DNA of 64,000 nt, from positions 193,870-257,869 of the forward strand of contig CAWJBW010000004.1 of NCBI GenBank assembly GCA_963841215.1, in the 5' to 3' direction. Of the stretch, positions 40,189 through 50,522 are shown piece by piece. The stretch's first letter is position 1. Each line of letters opens with the position of its first letter. The position numbers and the translations under genes are program-made. This DNA comes from an uncultured Actinomycetes bacterium (GTDB lineage Bacteria; Actinomycetota; Acidimicrobiia; IMCC26256; PALSA-610). The notes under the pieces are model-generated. The model did no database searches. It worked only from the letters and a program-made list of their open reading frames with translations, and had not been told where the DNA came from.

Positions 40189-41394
40189 ATGGATTTCGAT
40201 TTCTCCCCGGAGGAGCGCGCGTTCGCCGACGAGGTCGACCAATTCCTCGACGCGAACGACGATCCCGACGTCTTCGACGTCACGCGGGAGAACATGGCGC
40301 AGATCGTCGACACGCCGGCGCGCCGTGCGTTCATGAAGAAGCTTGCGGATCGCGGCTGGCTCGGGATCACCTGGCCGAAGCAGTACGGCGGACAGGACGG
40401 CGAGGGTGTCTACGAATTCCTGCTGAACGAAGCGCTCGCCGGCCGCGGCGGACCTCAGATCGGCAAGGGCGTCGGGATCATCGGCAAGACCCTTATCCGC
40501 GTCGGCAGCGACGAGCTGAAGCAGGAGTTCCTGCCCAAGATCCTCGACGCCGAGGTCGAGTTCGCGGTCGGGTACAGCGAGCCCGACGCCGGTTCCGACG
40601 CCGCGTCCATGAAGCTGAAGGCGGTCCGCACCGAGCGGCACGGCGTTTCCGGCTGGTTGCTCAACGGCCAGAAGACGTGGACGACGTCGGCGCACTTCGC
40701 GGAGTGGTACTGGGTCGGCGCCCGAACCGACCCGGACGCGCCGAAACACGCTGGCATCACCTTGTTCCTCGTCCCGCTCGACGACCCCGGCATCACGATC
40801 AACGGCATCTGGACGATGGGCGACGAACGGACGAACGACGTCTTCTTCGACGATGTGTTCGTTCCCGACTCGCACGTCGTCGGCGCGGTCAACAGCGGCT
40901 TCAAGTACATCTCTTCGGCGCTCGACCTCGAACGCTTCACGATGTTCACCTTCTCGCCCATGCAGCAACGGCTCGATGTGCTCTGCGACTACGTGCGCGA
41001 GACCGAGGTCGATGGTGAACCGCTGAAGAACGATCCCATCGTCCGTTCGCAGATCGCGCAGCTGGTCACGCAGGCGGAGGTCGGACGCGTGCTCGGCCTG
41101 CGGGTGGTGGATGCGTCCGTGAGATCGGAGACGAAGGGCGCGCCGCCGCCCACAGTCGAGGCGTCGGTCTACAAGCTGTACGCGACTGAGTTCTCGCGAC
41201 GCTTGGCGAACGCGTCGATGGACATCGGCGGTCCGGGAGCGCAACTCCGAGTGCGCACGGACGAAGCGCCCATGAAGGGCCGGGCGGAATCCACCTACCG
41301 CTACACCGTGATCGACACCATCGGTGGCGGCGCGTCGGAGATCCAGAAGAACATCATCGCCCGCCGGGCCCTCGGCCTCCCGAAGAACTTCTGA
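40189..41394 (+). CDS. Acyl-CoA dehydrogenase (canonical catalytic C-terminus)
   Basis: MDFDFSPEERAF...GYSEPDAGSDAASMK...GQKTWTTSA...TIGGGASEIQKNIIARRALGLP. Internal ATG of ORF 40126..41394. Confidence 0.8.
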   Translation: MDFDFSPEERAFADEVDQFLDANDDPDVFDVTRENMAQIVDTPARRAFMKKLADRGWLGITWPKQYGGQDGEGVYEFLLNEALAGRGGPQIGKGVGIIGKTLIRVGSDELKQEFLPKILDAEVEFAVGYSEPDAGSDAASMKLKAVRTERHGVSGWLLNGQKTWTTSAHFAEWYWVGARTDPDAPKHAGITLFLVPLDDPGITINGIWTMGDERTNDVFFDDVFVPDSHVVGAVNSGFKYISSALDLERFTMFTFSPMQQRLDVLCDYVRETEVDGEPLKNDPIVRSQIAQLVTQAEVGRVLGLRVVDASVRSETKGAPPPTVEASVYKLYATEFSRRLANASMDIGGPGAQLRVRTDEAPMKGRAESTYRYTVIDTIGGGASEIQKNIIARRALGLPKNF

Positions 41395-41400
41395 TCGGTC

Positions 41401-42571
41401 GTGCCGGAAACACCGATGCTCGACGGGATCATGGTGCTTGACCTGGCTTCGGTCGGGCCGGCCGCGCACGCGTCGCGGTGGCTCGCCGACTACGGCGCGG
41501 ACGTCGTGAAGGTCGCGCCGGTGCCGAAGCACGGCAGAGTGCAGATCGTGCCGCCCTTCCACGCCTACGGCGGTCACCGCGGCATGCGTCGCATTCTCGT
41601 CGACCTCAAGCAGGACACAGGTCGCCGCCGCGTTCCTCCGTTTGGCTGCCGGTGCCGACGTGTTGATCGAGAGCTTTCGGCCCGGCGTCGTCGGATCGCT
41701 GGGCATCGATTTCGACGCCGTCCGGGCGGTGAACCCCGGCATCGTGTACTGCTCGACGAGCGGATACGGCCAGAACGGCCCACACGCGACGCGCGCCGGC
41801 CACGATCTCAACTACCTCGCGATCGGCGGATTCCTCGCGACCACACACGCGCGCGCCGACGGCGGGCCGCCGGTTCCGGGCGCGACGGTCGCCGACAGCG
41901 CGGGCGGCGGCATGCACGCAGTGATCGCGATCCTCGCCGCGCTGGTACGTCGCGGTGCGACCGGAACCGGCGCATACCTCGACGTCGCCGCGGCCGACGG
42001 AGTGCTCGCGCTGATGTCACTCGCCGTCGACGAGTACCTCGCCACGGGCGCCGTCCCACAACCGCGACACGGACTGCTCACCGGGCGCTATGCGTGCTAC
42101 GACAACTATGAAGCTGCCGACGGTGGTTGGTTGACCGTCGCTGCGATCGAGCCACACTTCTGGGCGAACCTCTGCCGGCTCGTCGGTTGTGAGCAGTGGA
42201 TCCCGCACCAGATGGACGACGCCGTGCAGGACGAGATTCGCGCCGATCTGCGGGCCGCGTTCAAGACGAGAACGCGCGACGAGTGGACCGAGATGCTTGC
42301 GCCGGCCGACACGTGTGTCGCGCCCGTGCTGTCGGTGCCCGAGGTCGTCGAGGACGCGCAGTACGCGGCGCGCAACGCCTTCGTCGACGCCGAGCACGCA
42401 ACCGCGGGTCGCTTCCGCCAGGTCGGACCCGTGCTCGCCGGACAGGCGCGCCCGACAAGTGCGTACGAGCTGCGCGACGCGACCGCGACCGACGTCGACG
42501 AGCTCCTCGCCGGTGCCGGGTTCGCGGTGGAGGAGATCGAGCAGTTGCGCGCCGACGGAGTCGTCGCGTGA
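41401..42571 (+). CDS. CaiB/BaiF family III CoA-transferase
   Basis: LDGIMVLDLASVGPAAHASRWLADYGADVVKV.., then ..ADVLIESFRPGV...CSTSGYGQNGP...GHDLNYLA.. One frame switch near 41625. Confidence 0.75.
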
Positions 42572-43077
42572 CGGATCTCCCCGACGACGTGCACAAGCTG
42601 ATCGACCAGCCGCAGTACGAGATCGACGGCGAGTTTCCCGTCGAGCAGGGCTACATCTGGACATCGTGCGCGTCGGTCGAGAACGGCAACCCGCTCTTCT
42701 GGGACGGAGCCGCCGCCGACGAGATCACCAAGGGACCGATCGCGCCGCCGACGATGGTGTCGGTGTGGTTCCGTCCGCACCACTGGCGGCCGGGACGCAG
42801 CGAACCGCAAGTCCCCCTGCAGGTGCACTTCGACTTGAAGGAACGCTTCGAGCTGCCAGAAGCCGTGATGACGGACAACACGTTGGTCTTTCACGAGCCG
42901 GTGCGGGTGGGTGATCGCCTCCGCACGCACCAGGTGCTGCGTTCGGTGAGCGAGGAGAAGACGACGAAGCTCGGCACCGGCCGCTTCTGGGTGATCGACG
43001 TCGTGTACCACAACCAGCGCGACGAGCTCGTGTGCGTCGAGTCGTACACCGGGTTTGGTTACAGGAGACAGCTGTGA
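42568..43077 (+). CDS. Hotdog-fold dehydratase subunit (FAS1-like/MaoC N-terminal-type)
   Basis: GTG start overlaps the upstream stop (GTGA). ..EQGYIWTSCASVENGNPLFWD...LVFHEPVRVGDRL...GRFWVIDVVYHNQ.. Confidence 0.65.
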   Translation: MTDLPDDVHKLIDQPQYEIDGEFPVEQGYIWTSCASVENGNPLFWDGAAADEITKGPIAPPTMVSVWFRPHHWRPGRSEPQVPLQVHFDLKERFELPEAVMTDNTLVFHEPVRVGDRLRTHQVLRSVSEEKTTKLGTGRFWVIDVVYHNQRDELVCVESYTGFGYRRQL

Positions 43078-43553
43078 GCGAGCGTCGTCTGCTCTTCAGC
43101 GACGTGCGCGAAGGCGACGAGCTGCCCCGACTCACGCACGAGGTCACGTCGTCGACCGTCGTGCTGGGCGCGCTCGCGTCACGCGACTGGCGACCGATGC
43201 ATCACGACTATCACTTCGCGACCGAACGCAACGGCACGAAGGACATCTTCTTGAACACGCCGAACCAGGCGGCGTGGTTCGAGCGGTATCTCACCGACTG
43301 GACCGGACCGAAGGGCCGCCTCGGTCGCTTGAAGTTCCGCATGCGCGGCTCCGTGTTCCCCGGCGACATCATGGAGCTGCACGCGGTCGTGACGAAAGTG
43401 GAGCAGGACGACACCGGCTGCGGCTGGGCCGAACTCGACGTGACCTTGCGCGCAGCCGGCGAGATCGCAACGACCTGCGAAGCGCGTGTCGCGTTGCCGG
43501 TCTCCGACGACGACAACCCGTGGACCCGCCGCGCCGACGCGTGGCGCCCCTAA
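43074..43553 (+). CDS. MaoC-like hotdog-fold dehydratase subunit
   Basis: GTG start overlaps the upstream stop (GTGA). ..LGALASRDWRPMHHDYHFA...GRLKFRMRGSVFPGD.. Confidence 0.65.
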   Translation: MSERRLLFSDVREGDELPRLTHEVTSSTVVLGALASRDWRPMHHDYHFATERNGTKDIFLNTPNQAAWFERYLTDWTGPKGRLGRLKFRMRGSVFPGDIMELHAVVTKVEQDDTGCGWAELDVTLRAAGEIATTCEARVALPVSDDDNPWTRRADAWRP

Positions 43554-43579
43554 CAACGACAGCGAGAACAGCGAGAGCG

Positions 43580-44707
43580 ATGGACCTCGACTTCACCGAC
43601 GAACAGGAGATGCTGCGAGAGACAGTGCGCGGCATCTGCGAGAAGCACGCGTCGCTCGCGATCGTGCGCGAGGTCGAAGACGACCCGCTGGGCTATCCCG
43701 ACTCGTTCTGGGCGCAGCTCGCCGAGGCGGGCCTGGTCGGCCTCACGATCCCGGAGGAGTACGACGGCTCCGCGATGACGATGCTCGACGCAGTCGTCGT
43801 CTACGAGGAGTTCGGCCGGGCGCTCGCGCCTTCACCGCACTTCGTCAGCTCGGTGCTCTGCAGCGGCGTGCTCGAACGCGCGGGTAACGACGCGCAACGC
43901 GACGAATGGCTGCGACGTATCGCCGGTGGCGACGGCATCCTCACCCCGGCGTGGCTCGAGCCCGACGGCGGGTTCGGACCGCGCGGCGTGCGGCTGCGGT
44001 GCGAGTCGGATGGCGACTCGTTCGTGCTCACCGGCACGAAGCGGCACGTCCGCTTCGCGCGCGCCGCCGACGGCTTCATCGTGCTCGCGCGCACCGGAGT
44101 GCAGCCCGACGACATCGACCTGTTCCTCGTTCCTCGCGATGCCGACGGCGTCACGCTCACACAGCAGATGACCGTCGCGTCCGACACCCAGTACCGCGTC
44201 GACTTCGACGGTGTGCGGGTGCCGGCCTCCGCCCGCATCGGGCGCGCGGGCTCGGGCTGGAAAACCTGGGACGCGACGATGCGCGACGCCATCATCCTCC
44301 TCGGTGGCTACGCCATGGGTGGTGCGGTCCACGCGCTCGACATCACGGTCCAGTACGCCAAGGACCGGCACCAGTTCGACAAACCGCTCGGCGCGTTCCA
44401 GGCGCTTGCTCACTACCTCGCGGACGCCAAGTGCACGGTCGACGGCGGGCGCACCCTCGTGTGGGAAGCGGCATGGGCGCGCGACAACGATCGTCCCGTC
44501 GGCCGGCTCGCACCCATGGCCAAGCTCTTCGCGACGCAGACGTTCAGGGATGTCACGGCGATGGCGCAACAGATCTTCGGAGGTGTCGGGTTCACGGTCG
44601 AGTACGACATCCAGCTGTACTTCCGGCGCGCCAAGGTCCTGCAGCTCGACTGGTACGACACTCGTTACCTCGAACAGCTCGTCGCGGCCGACGTGCTCGA
44701 CGGCTGA
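43580..44707 (+). CDS. Acyl-CoA dehydrogenase family protein lacking the canonical GGxSEI C-terminal motif (possible non-catalytic partner subunit)
   Basis: MDLDFTDEQEMLRETV...GTKRHVRFA...IFGGVGFTVEYDIQLYFRRAKVLQLDWYDTRYLEQLVA.. Intact. Confidence 0.7.
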   Translation: MDLDFTDEQEMLRETVRGICEKHASLAIVREVEDDPLGYPDSFWAQLAEAGLVGLTIPEEYDGSAMTMLDAVVVYEEFGRALAPSPHFVSSVLCSGVLERAGNDAQRDEWLRRIAGGDGILTPAWLEPDGGFGPRGVRLRCESDGDSFVLTGTKRHVRFARAADGFIVLARTGVQPDDIDLFLVPRDADGVTLTQQMTVASDTQYRVDFDGVRVPASARIGRAGSGWKTWDATMRDAIILLGGYAMGGAVHALDITVQYAKDRHQFDKPLGAFQALAHYLADAKCTVDGGRTLVWEAAWARDNDRPVGRLAPMAKLFATQTFRDVTAMAQQIFGGVGFTVEYDIQLYFRRAKVLQLDWYDTRYLEQLVAADVLDG

Positions 44708-44744
44708 GTATCCGGCGCACGATCGACGCGTGTACGGTCCGAGC

Positions 44745-46146
44745 ATGCGAGGCATCCTCTCCGCCGGTGGGTACGTGCCCTTCCGCCGGCTCGACCGGTC
44801 GCAGATCGGCGCCACCTTCGGCACCGGTGGCGGCAAGGGCACGCGTGCGGTCGCCGGTTACGACGAGGACACGACGACGATGGGCGTGGAGGCCGCGCGC
44901 TTCACACTGCGGGCGGCGCCGGCTGTCCCCTCCGCGTTGTGGTTCGCGACCGCCGAGCCGGCCTATCTCGACAAGAACAACGCGTCGACGATCCACGCCG
45001 CGTTGCGGCTCGACACACTCGTCCCCGCGTTCGACTTCGGCGGCGCGCTGCGCTCGGGCGTCGGTGCGCTGCGCGCCGCGCTCGAAGGTGACAGAACGGT
45101 GCTCGTCGTCGCCGCGGATCTTCGCGGCGGGCTCCCGACGAGCGGCGACGAGGCGCAGACCGGCGACGGCGCGGCCGCGATTCTCACGGGTTCCGACGCC
45201 GCCGGTCCGTTGCTCGCCGAGTACCTCGGCGGCGCGAGCGCGACGGAAGAGTTCCTCGAACGGTGGCGCACGCCGGGCTCCACCCGTTCCCGGCAGTGGG
45301 AGGAACGCTTCGGCGAGGTGAAGTACGGCCCCCTCGTCGACCAGGCGTGGAACAGCGCGCTGAAGGCCTCCGACCTCTCACCCGAGCAGGTCGACCGCGT
45401 CATCGTCACGGGTTTGCACGCGCGCGCGGTTCGGGGCGCGATCGCGCGGCTCGGCACCGCGAAGGAGTCGCTCGTCGACGATCTCTCCTCGAGCGTCGGG
45501 AACACCGGTACCGCGCACGCGGCGTTGTTGTTGACCAGCGCGCTCGAAGCCGCCGCGCCCGGTCAGATCATCGGTCTCGTCGTCCTGGCCGACGGCGTCG
45601 ACGTCTTGCTGTTCCGGACGACCGATGCGATCGCGGGATACGCACCGGCGCGAGCCGTGAAGACCCAGATCGAGAACTGCGCGCCGATCGGGTACGGCAA
45701 GTTCCTGTCGTGGCGCAACGTCGTCACCGTCGAGCCACCGCGCCGGCCGGAACCGGATCGCATCTCGGCATCGGTGTCGGGTCGGAACGAGGAGTGGAAG
45801 TACGCGTTCGTCGGCTCACGCGACCGCGGCACCGGCGACCTGTACCTGCCACCGTCGCGGCGTCGCTCGCGGTGACGCCGTCGACGACATGGAGCCGGCG
45901 CCGATGGCCGACGTCCAGGGAACCGTCGCGCTGCTCACCGTCGACCGCATCGCGTACTCGCCGAGCCCTCCGATCACGTTCGCGGTCGTCGACTGGGACG
46001 GCGGCGGGCGTCTGCCGGTCGAGCTCACCGACGCGGACCCCGGCGACGTCGAGATGGGCGGCCGGGTGGAGATGACCTTCCGGCGCTTGTTCACGTCCGA
46101 CGAGATCCACAATTACTTTTGGAAGGCGCGGCCCGTCCGCGGCTGA
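44745..46146 (+). CDS. Thiolase-superfamily HMG-CoA-synthase-like domain fused to a DUF35/OB-fold domain
   Basis: MRGILSAGGYVPFRRLDRSQI...AVAGYDEDTTTMGVEAAR...GNTGTAHAALLL.. The C-terminus ..GTVALLTVDRIAYSPSPPITFAVVDWDGGGRLPVELTD..GGRVEMTFRRL.. is in ORF 45889..46146. One frame switch near 45860. Confidence 0.6.
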
Positions 46147-46161
46147 GACACGGGAGACGGC

Positions 46162-47362
46162 ATGGGATCGCATGGCATACGAGATCGCGTGGCGATCGTC
46201 GGCATGGGGTGTACGCCGTTCGGCGAGCACTGGAACAAGGGCACCGATGACCTCCTCATCGACGCCGCGCGGGAGGCGTTCGGGTCTGCGGGCGTCGAGA
46301 AGGGCGACGTCGACGCGTACTGGCTCGGCACCGCGATGTCGGGGATGAGCGGCATGGCGCTCGCTCGGCCACTGCAGCTGCACGACAAGCCCGTCACGCA
46401 CGTCGAGAACTTCTGTGCGACGGGTTCGGAAGCGTTGCGCAACGCCGCCTACGCCGTCGCGAGCGGCGCATACGACGTCGCGATGGCGATCGGAGTAGAG
46501 AAGGTCAAGGACAGCGGCTACCAGGGCCTCGTCGGCGCCGCGAAGACTCCGTCCGACGGCACCGGCCGCACGCTCACGGCCGCCGCGATGTTCGCCATGT
46601 GCGCGCCCGGCTACGGAAGGAAGTACGACCTCGGTGAGGAAGAGATGCGCGAAGTGCTCGCGCGACATCGCCTGGAAGAACCACTACAACGGCGCGCGGA
46701 ACCCGCGCGCCCAGTTCAAGCGCGAGGTTTCGATGGAGACCATCTGCGGCGCGCCGCTCATGGCGGGCGGGCTCGGTGTCTACGACTGCTCCGGTGTCGC
46801 CGACGGATCGGCGGCGGCCATCATCGTGCGGGCCGAGGACGCGCTCCGATACACGGACAAGCCGCTCTATGTGAAGGCGCTCTCCCTCGTCGCCGGCAAT
46901 TGTTCCGGCAACGCCGACCCCGAGTACGACTACACGACGTTCCCCGAGATCGCCGCGACGGGCCATGACGCGTACGCGCAAGCCGGTGTCACCAACCCGC
47001 GCGGAGAGATCGCGATGGCCGAAGTGCACGACTGCTTCACTCCTGCGGAGTTGCTCATCTACGAAGACCTGCAGTTCGCCGAACCCGGTACCGCGTGGAA
47101 GGAGGTCCTTGACGGGACCTTCGACCTACACGGCGACCTGCCGGTGAACCCCGACGGCGGACTCAAGAGTTTCGGTCACCCGGTCGGCGCGTCCGGGTTG
47201 CGGATGATGTTCGAAGCATGGTTGCAGCTGCGCGGCGAGGCGCCGGAGGAGCGGCGGATCGGCACCCTCGAGAACCGGAAACTCGCGCTCACCCACAACC
47301 TCGGCGGATATCCCGGAGAGATGGTGTCGTTCGTCTCGATCCTCGGTACCGAGCCGTCCTGA
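46162..47362 (+). CDS. Thiolase-like protein (SCP-x / lipid-transfer-protein Ltp type)
   Basis: VAIVGMGCTPFGEHW...ENFCATGSEALRNAAYAVASGAYDV...EVHDCFT...NPDGGLKSFGHPVGASG.. One frame switch near 46665. Confidence 0.75.
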
Positions 47363-47585
47363 CGCGGGACGCACGTCACTCGGTCGTGGCCGCTACAAGC
47401 ACGCCAACAGCAACCCGAACGCGACGATCGGGACACAGGCACTGACGCGCGACCAGTACATGAACGGCGCTGAATCTCGGAACCGCTCTGCCTCGTCGAC
47501 AACTCTCGAGACCGACGGCGTTCGGCGGCCAGCGACGAGCCAGGCACGTCGTGTTCCAGCAGGTTGAGAGGGGGAGCTTCCCGAG

Positions 47586-49940
47586 GTGGGTGCGACCGTG
47601 AGTGAAGGACTGTGCGCAGGCATTCGAGTGCTCGACCTCGCCGATGATCCGGGCGCGCGCTCGGCGCGCGTACTCGGCGACCTCGGCGCCGACGTCGTGC
47701 GCGTGGTGCCACTCGAGGGCGATCCCCTCGCGCGCCGCTCTGCCGACGAGCTCGCGTGGAACGCGGGCAAACGGGTGCTCGGGCTCGACGCCGGCGATCG
47801 GGCACTCGACGCCTTGCTCGAAACGGCCGACGTCGTGTTCGCGACGCCGCACGCGCCCGGTTTCCATCATCTCGATCCGGCGCGCGCGCCGCAGGCGGCG
47901 TGGATCTCGATCACTCCGTTCGGGCTCGACGGGCCGCACGCGAGCTGGCGCGCGAGCGACCTCGGCGTCATGGCCGCGAGCGGCAACATGTTCTCGACCG
48001 GACACCCGGGGCGCGCGCCGGTGCGCGCGTCCGAACCGGCGAGCCACTGCCACACTGGCGGTGAAGCCGCTTACGCTGCGCTGAGCGCGCTGGCCGCGGG
48101 CCGCACCGGTGTGGTCGACGTCTCGATGCAGGAAGTCGTGCTGATCGCGAACATGAGCGGGCAGTACGCCTACCCGCACACGGGCAACCGCGGCCGCCGG
48201 CTCGGTGCCAACATTGGCCGCGCGCGCGAGATCTGGCGCACGAGAGACGGGTGGGTGAGCTTCGGTCTGCGCGGCGGCAAGGCGCGTGTGCCGACGCTGG
48301 AACTGCTGACCCGCCTCGTGACACAAGAGCAGATCCCGGGCGGCGACGTGCTCGCGGCACGTGACTGGCGCGCGTACAACCCCAACACTGTCACCGACGA
48401 GGAACTGCGCGCCATCGAAGCGCCGACGGCTGAGTACTTCTCGCGTCACACGATGGGCGAGCTGTTCGAGATCGCGTGCGAGAACAACTGGATGCTCGCG
48501 CCGACGATGTCGCCGCGCGAGATCGTCGGCAGCAAGCAGCTCGAAGCGCGCGAGTTCTTCCGCCCCTTGGGCGAGATCGATCGGTTCCCGACCGCGTTCG
48601 TGAAAATCACGGGTGCCGCCTCGGCGCATCCGTCGGGCCCGGCGCGGCGCGTCGACAAGGATGTGGCATTCGAGGCGACCGGGCCCAACGGCATCGCGCG
48701 ACCGTCGGGCGAAGGCGCGTGGGCGGGCACGAACCTCCTCGAGTTCGGATCCGGCGCGGCGGGGCCGATCGCGGCGCGCTACTACGTCGAGCAGGGCGCG
48801 ACCGTGCTGCGCGTCGAGTCGGTGTCACGACCTGACTTCCTTCGTGTGTACGCGCTCGGGCCCAACAACCCGCACGGGTTGGAGGGCTCCGATCTCTTCG
48901 ACACGCTCAACGTCGGCAAGCGCAGCGTGACCCTCAACCTCAAGGATCCCGCCGCGGCCGCGCTGATGCGGCGCTTGATCGTCGAGTGGGCCGACGCCGT
49001 TTCCGAGAATTTCGCGCCGCGGGCGATGAAAGGCTTCGGCCTCGACTATGAGTCGCTTGTCGCGATCAAGCCCGACCTCGTCATGATCTCGGCATGCCTC
49101 AACGGGCAGACCGGCCCCTTCAAGGACTACCCGGGGTTCGGAAGCCAGGGCGCCGCGCTTTCGGGCTTCACCTTCCTCACCGGCTGGCCCGATCTCGAGC
49201 CAGTCGGCCCCTTCGGCACGATCACCGACTCGCTTGCACCCCGGTACGTGGCCACCGCGCTCGCGGCAGGACTCCTGTATCACCGCCGGACCGGGCGCGG
49301 AGTACACCTCGACCTCTCGCAGGTCGAAGCGGGGATCTGGTCGCTCGCGCCGTGGATCGTCGACTACGCGCTCGGCCACACCCTCGGCGAGCGAGCCGGG
49401 AACCGGTCACCGTTCGCGGTGCCACACGGCGTGTTCCCGTGCGCGTCCGAAGGCGAACTCGACGACCGGTGGGTCGCGGTCGCCTGCTGGACCGACGACG
49501 ACTGGAGCCGTCTCGCGCAGATCATCGGCGTCAACCAGCCGGCGCTCGCGACCTTCGAGGCCCGTTCCGCGCGCGTCGACGACGTCGAGACCATGGTCGC
49601 GGCATGGACGTCGACACGAACGCGCGCCGAGGTGGCGACCACGCTGCAGGCCGACGGCATCGAAGCCGTACCAGTCGCCGACTTCGGCGACCTCCACGAC
49701 GATCCACAACTCGCGCACCGGTCCCACTGGATCGAGGGCAAGCACCCAGTGCTCGGGCCACGTGGATACGAACGCAACGGCTTCCGGCTGCCCGGAGACG
49801 CCGGCGGCTACACGCGCACCCACTCGCCACTGCTCGGCGAGGACAACGACTGGGTAGTGCGCGGTGTGCTGGGTCTCGACGACACGGAGATCGCGTCGCT
49901 CGTCGAGGTCGGCGCGGTCGAGGTCTCGGAGTCGAAGTGA
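47586..49940 (+). CDS. Tandem fusion of two family III (CaiB-type) CoA-transferase domains
   Basis: Intact 784 aa. Domain 1 starts ..GIRVLDLADDPGARSARVLGDLGADVVRVV.. Domain 2 starts ..GTNLLEFGSGAAGPIAARYYVEQGATVLRVES...SENFAPRAMKGFG.. Confidence 0.75.
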   Translation: MGATVSEGLCAGIRVLDLADDPGARSARVLGDLGADVVRVVPLEGDPLARRSADELAWNAGKRVLGLDAGDRALDALLETADVVFATPHAPGFHHLDPARAPQAAWISITPFGLDGPHASWRASDLGVMAASGNMFSTGHPGRAPVRASEPASHCHTGGEAAYAALSALAAGRTGVVDVSMQEVVLIANMSGQYAYPHTGNRGRRLGANIGRAREIWRTRDGWVSFGLRGGKARVPTLELLTRLVTQEQIPGGDVLAARDWRAYNPNTVTDEELRAIEAPTAEYFSRHTMGELFEIACENNWMLAPTMSPREIVGSKQLEAREFFRPLGEIDRFPTAFVKITGAASAHPSGPARRVDKDVAFEATGPNGIARPSGEGAWAGTNLLEFGSGAAGPIAARYYVEQGATVLRVESVSRPDFLRVYALGPNNPHGLEGSDLFDTLNVGKRSVTLNLKDPAAAALMRRLIVEWADAVSENFAPRAMKGFGLDYESLVAIKPDLVMISACLNGQTGPFKDYPGFGSQGAALSGFTFLTGWPDLEPVGPFGTITDSLAPRYVATALAAGLLYHRRTGRGVHLDLSQVEAGIWSLAPWIVDYALGHTLGERAGNRSPFAVPHGVFPCASEGELDDRWVAVACWTDDDWSRLAQIIGVNQPALATFEARSARVDDVETMVAAWTSTRTRAEVATTLQADGIEAVPVADFGDLHDDPQLAHRSHWIEGKHPVLGPRGYERNGFRLPGDAGGYTRTHSPLLGEDNDWVVRGVLGLDDTEIASLVEVGAVEVSESK

Positions 49941-50099
49941 GCTGAGTCGCCGGCGGTCGGCACCAAGGCTGCGGGTTCGGCACTTCGTCCCGGGGACGCG
50001 TCGTCTGGGGCGACGATGCCGAGTACCTGTCGCGCGACCTCGGTGTACCGTTTCTCATCCCCGAAATTTCAACTCAACGAGTTGTTCCCGCCACGCGGC

Positions 50100-50390
50100 G
50101 AAGCGGGCCCGGCGTCAGTCACTCCACACCGACTCGTTCAACGAGGCGTCGCGTTCCCGACCGAGCACTCGACCCGCATCGCCCTCCGCACGCAACATGT
50201 CATCGCGGACGAGACCGGTACCTCCCACGTCGCGGATCCACTCGGCGGCTCGTGGTACGTCGCGGAACTCACAGATGAGCTCGAGCGACGCGCAGAGATC
50301 GTTTTCGACCAGCTCGCCGAGCTTGGTACGGGATCCATGCTCGACGGCGTCGTCGAAGCGATCAGCGGATGGGAGGTCTATGTCCAAGCT
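50100..50390 (+). pseudogene. Fragment of a methylmalonyl-CoA mutase-type large subunit
   Basis: ..QSLHTDSFNEA.. in one frame, then ..PTEHSTRIALRTQHVIADETGTSHVADPLGGSWYVAELTDELE..LGTGSMLDGV.. in ORF 50016..50453. Only about 100 aa of a protein normally longer than 500 aa, with no start. Confidence 0.5.
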
Positions 50391-50522
50391 GTTGTGGACG
50401 CAGAGGCAGGACATTGGCCCTTCGCCACGGTTGGCCGAGACCGACCGACTTGACGCGCTCTATCCAGACGCGTCAGCACCACGTCCCGCGACCGGCGATC
50501 GAGGCCTCAACAATGCGACTGT

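Noticed and set aside
39538-41811. 757-aa minus-strand ORF, with similar long antisense ORFs at 2629..3942(+), 5128..6234(+), 16888..18498(-), 26410..27831(+) and 28088..29100(+)
   Set aside because: They lie antisense or out of frame to genes with clear family signatures. Their composition is Arg/Pro/Gly/Asp-rich and low-complexity, as expected for open off-frames in GC-rich DNA. I saw no recognisable motifs.
43689-43710. Box-like sequence GGCTATCCCGACTCGTTCTGG inside the second ACAD gene
   Set aside because: It matches only the GCTATCCCGA half, lies in coding sequence (LGYPDSF), and lacks the TCGGCAGG half. Probably chance.
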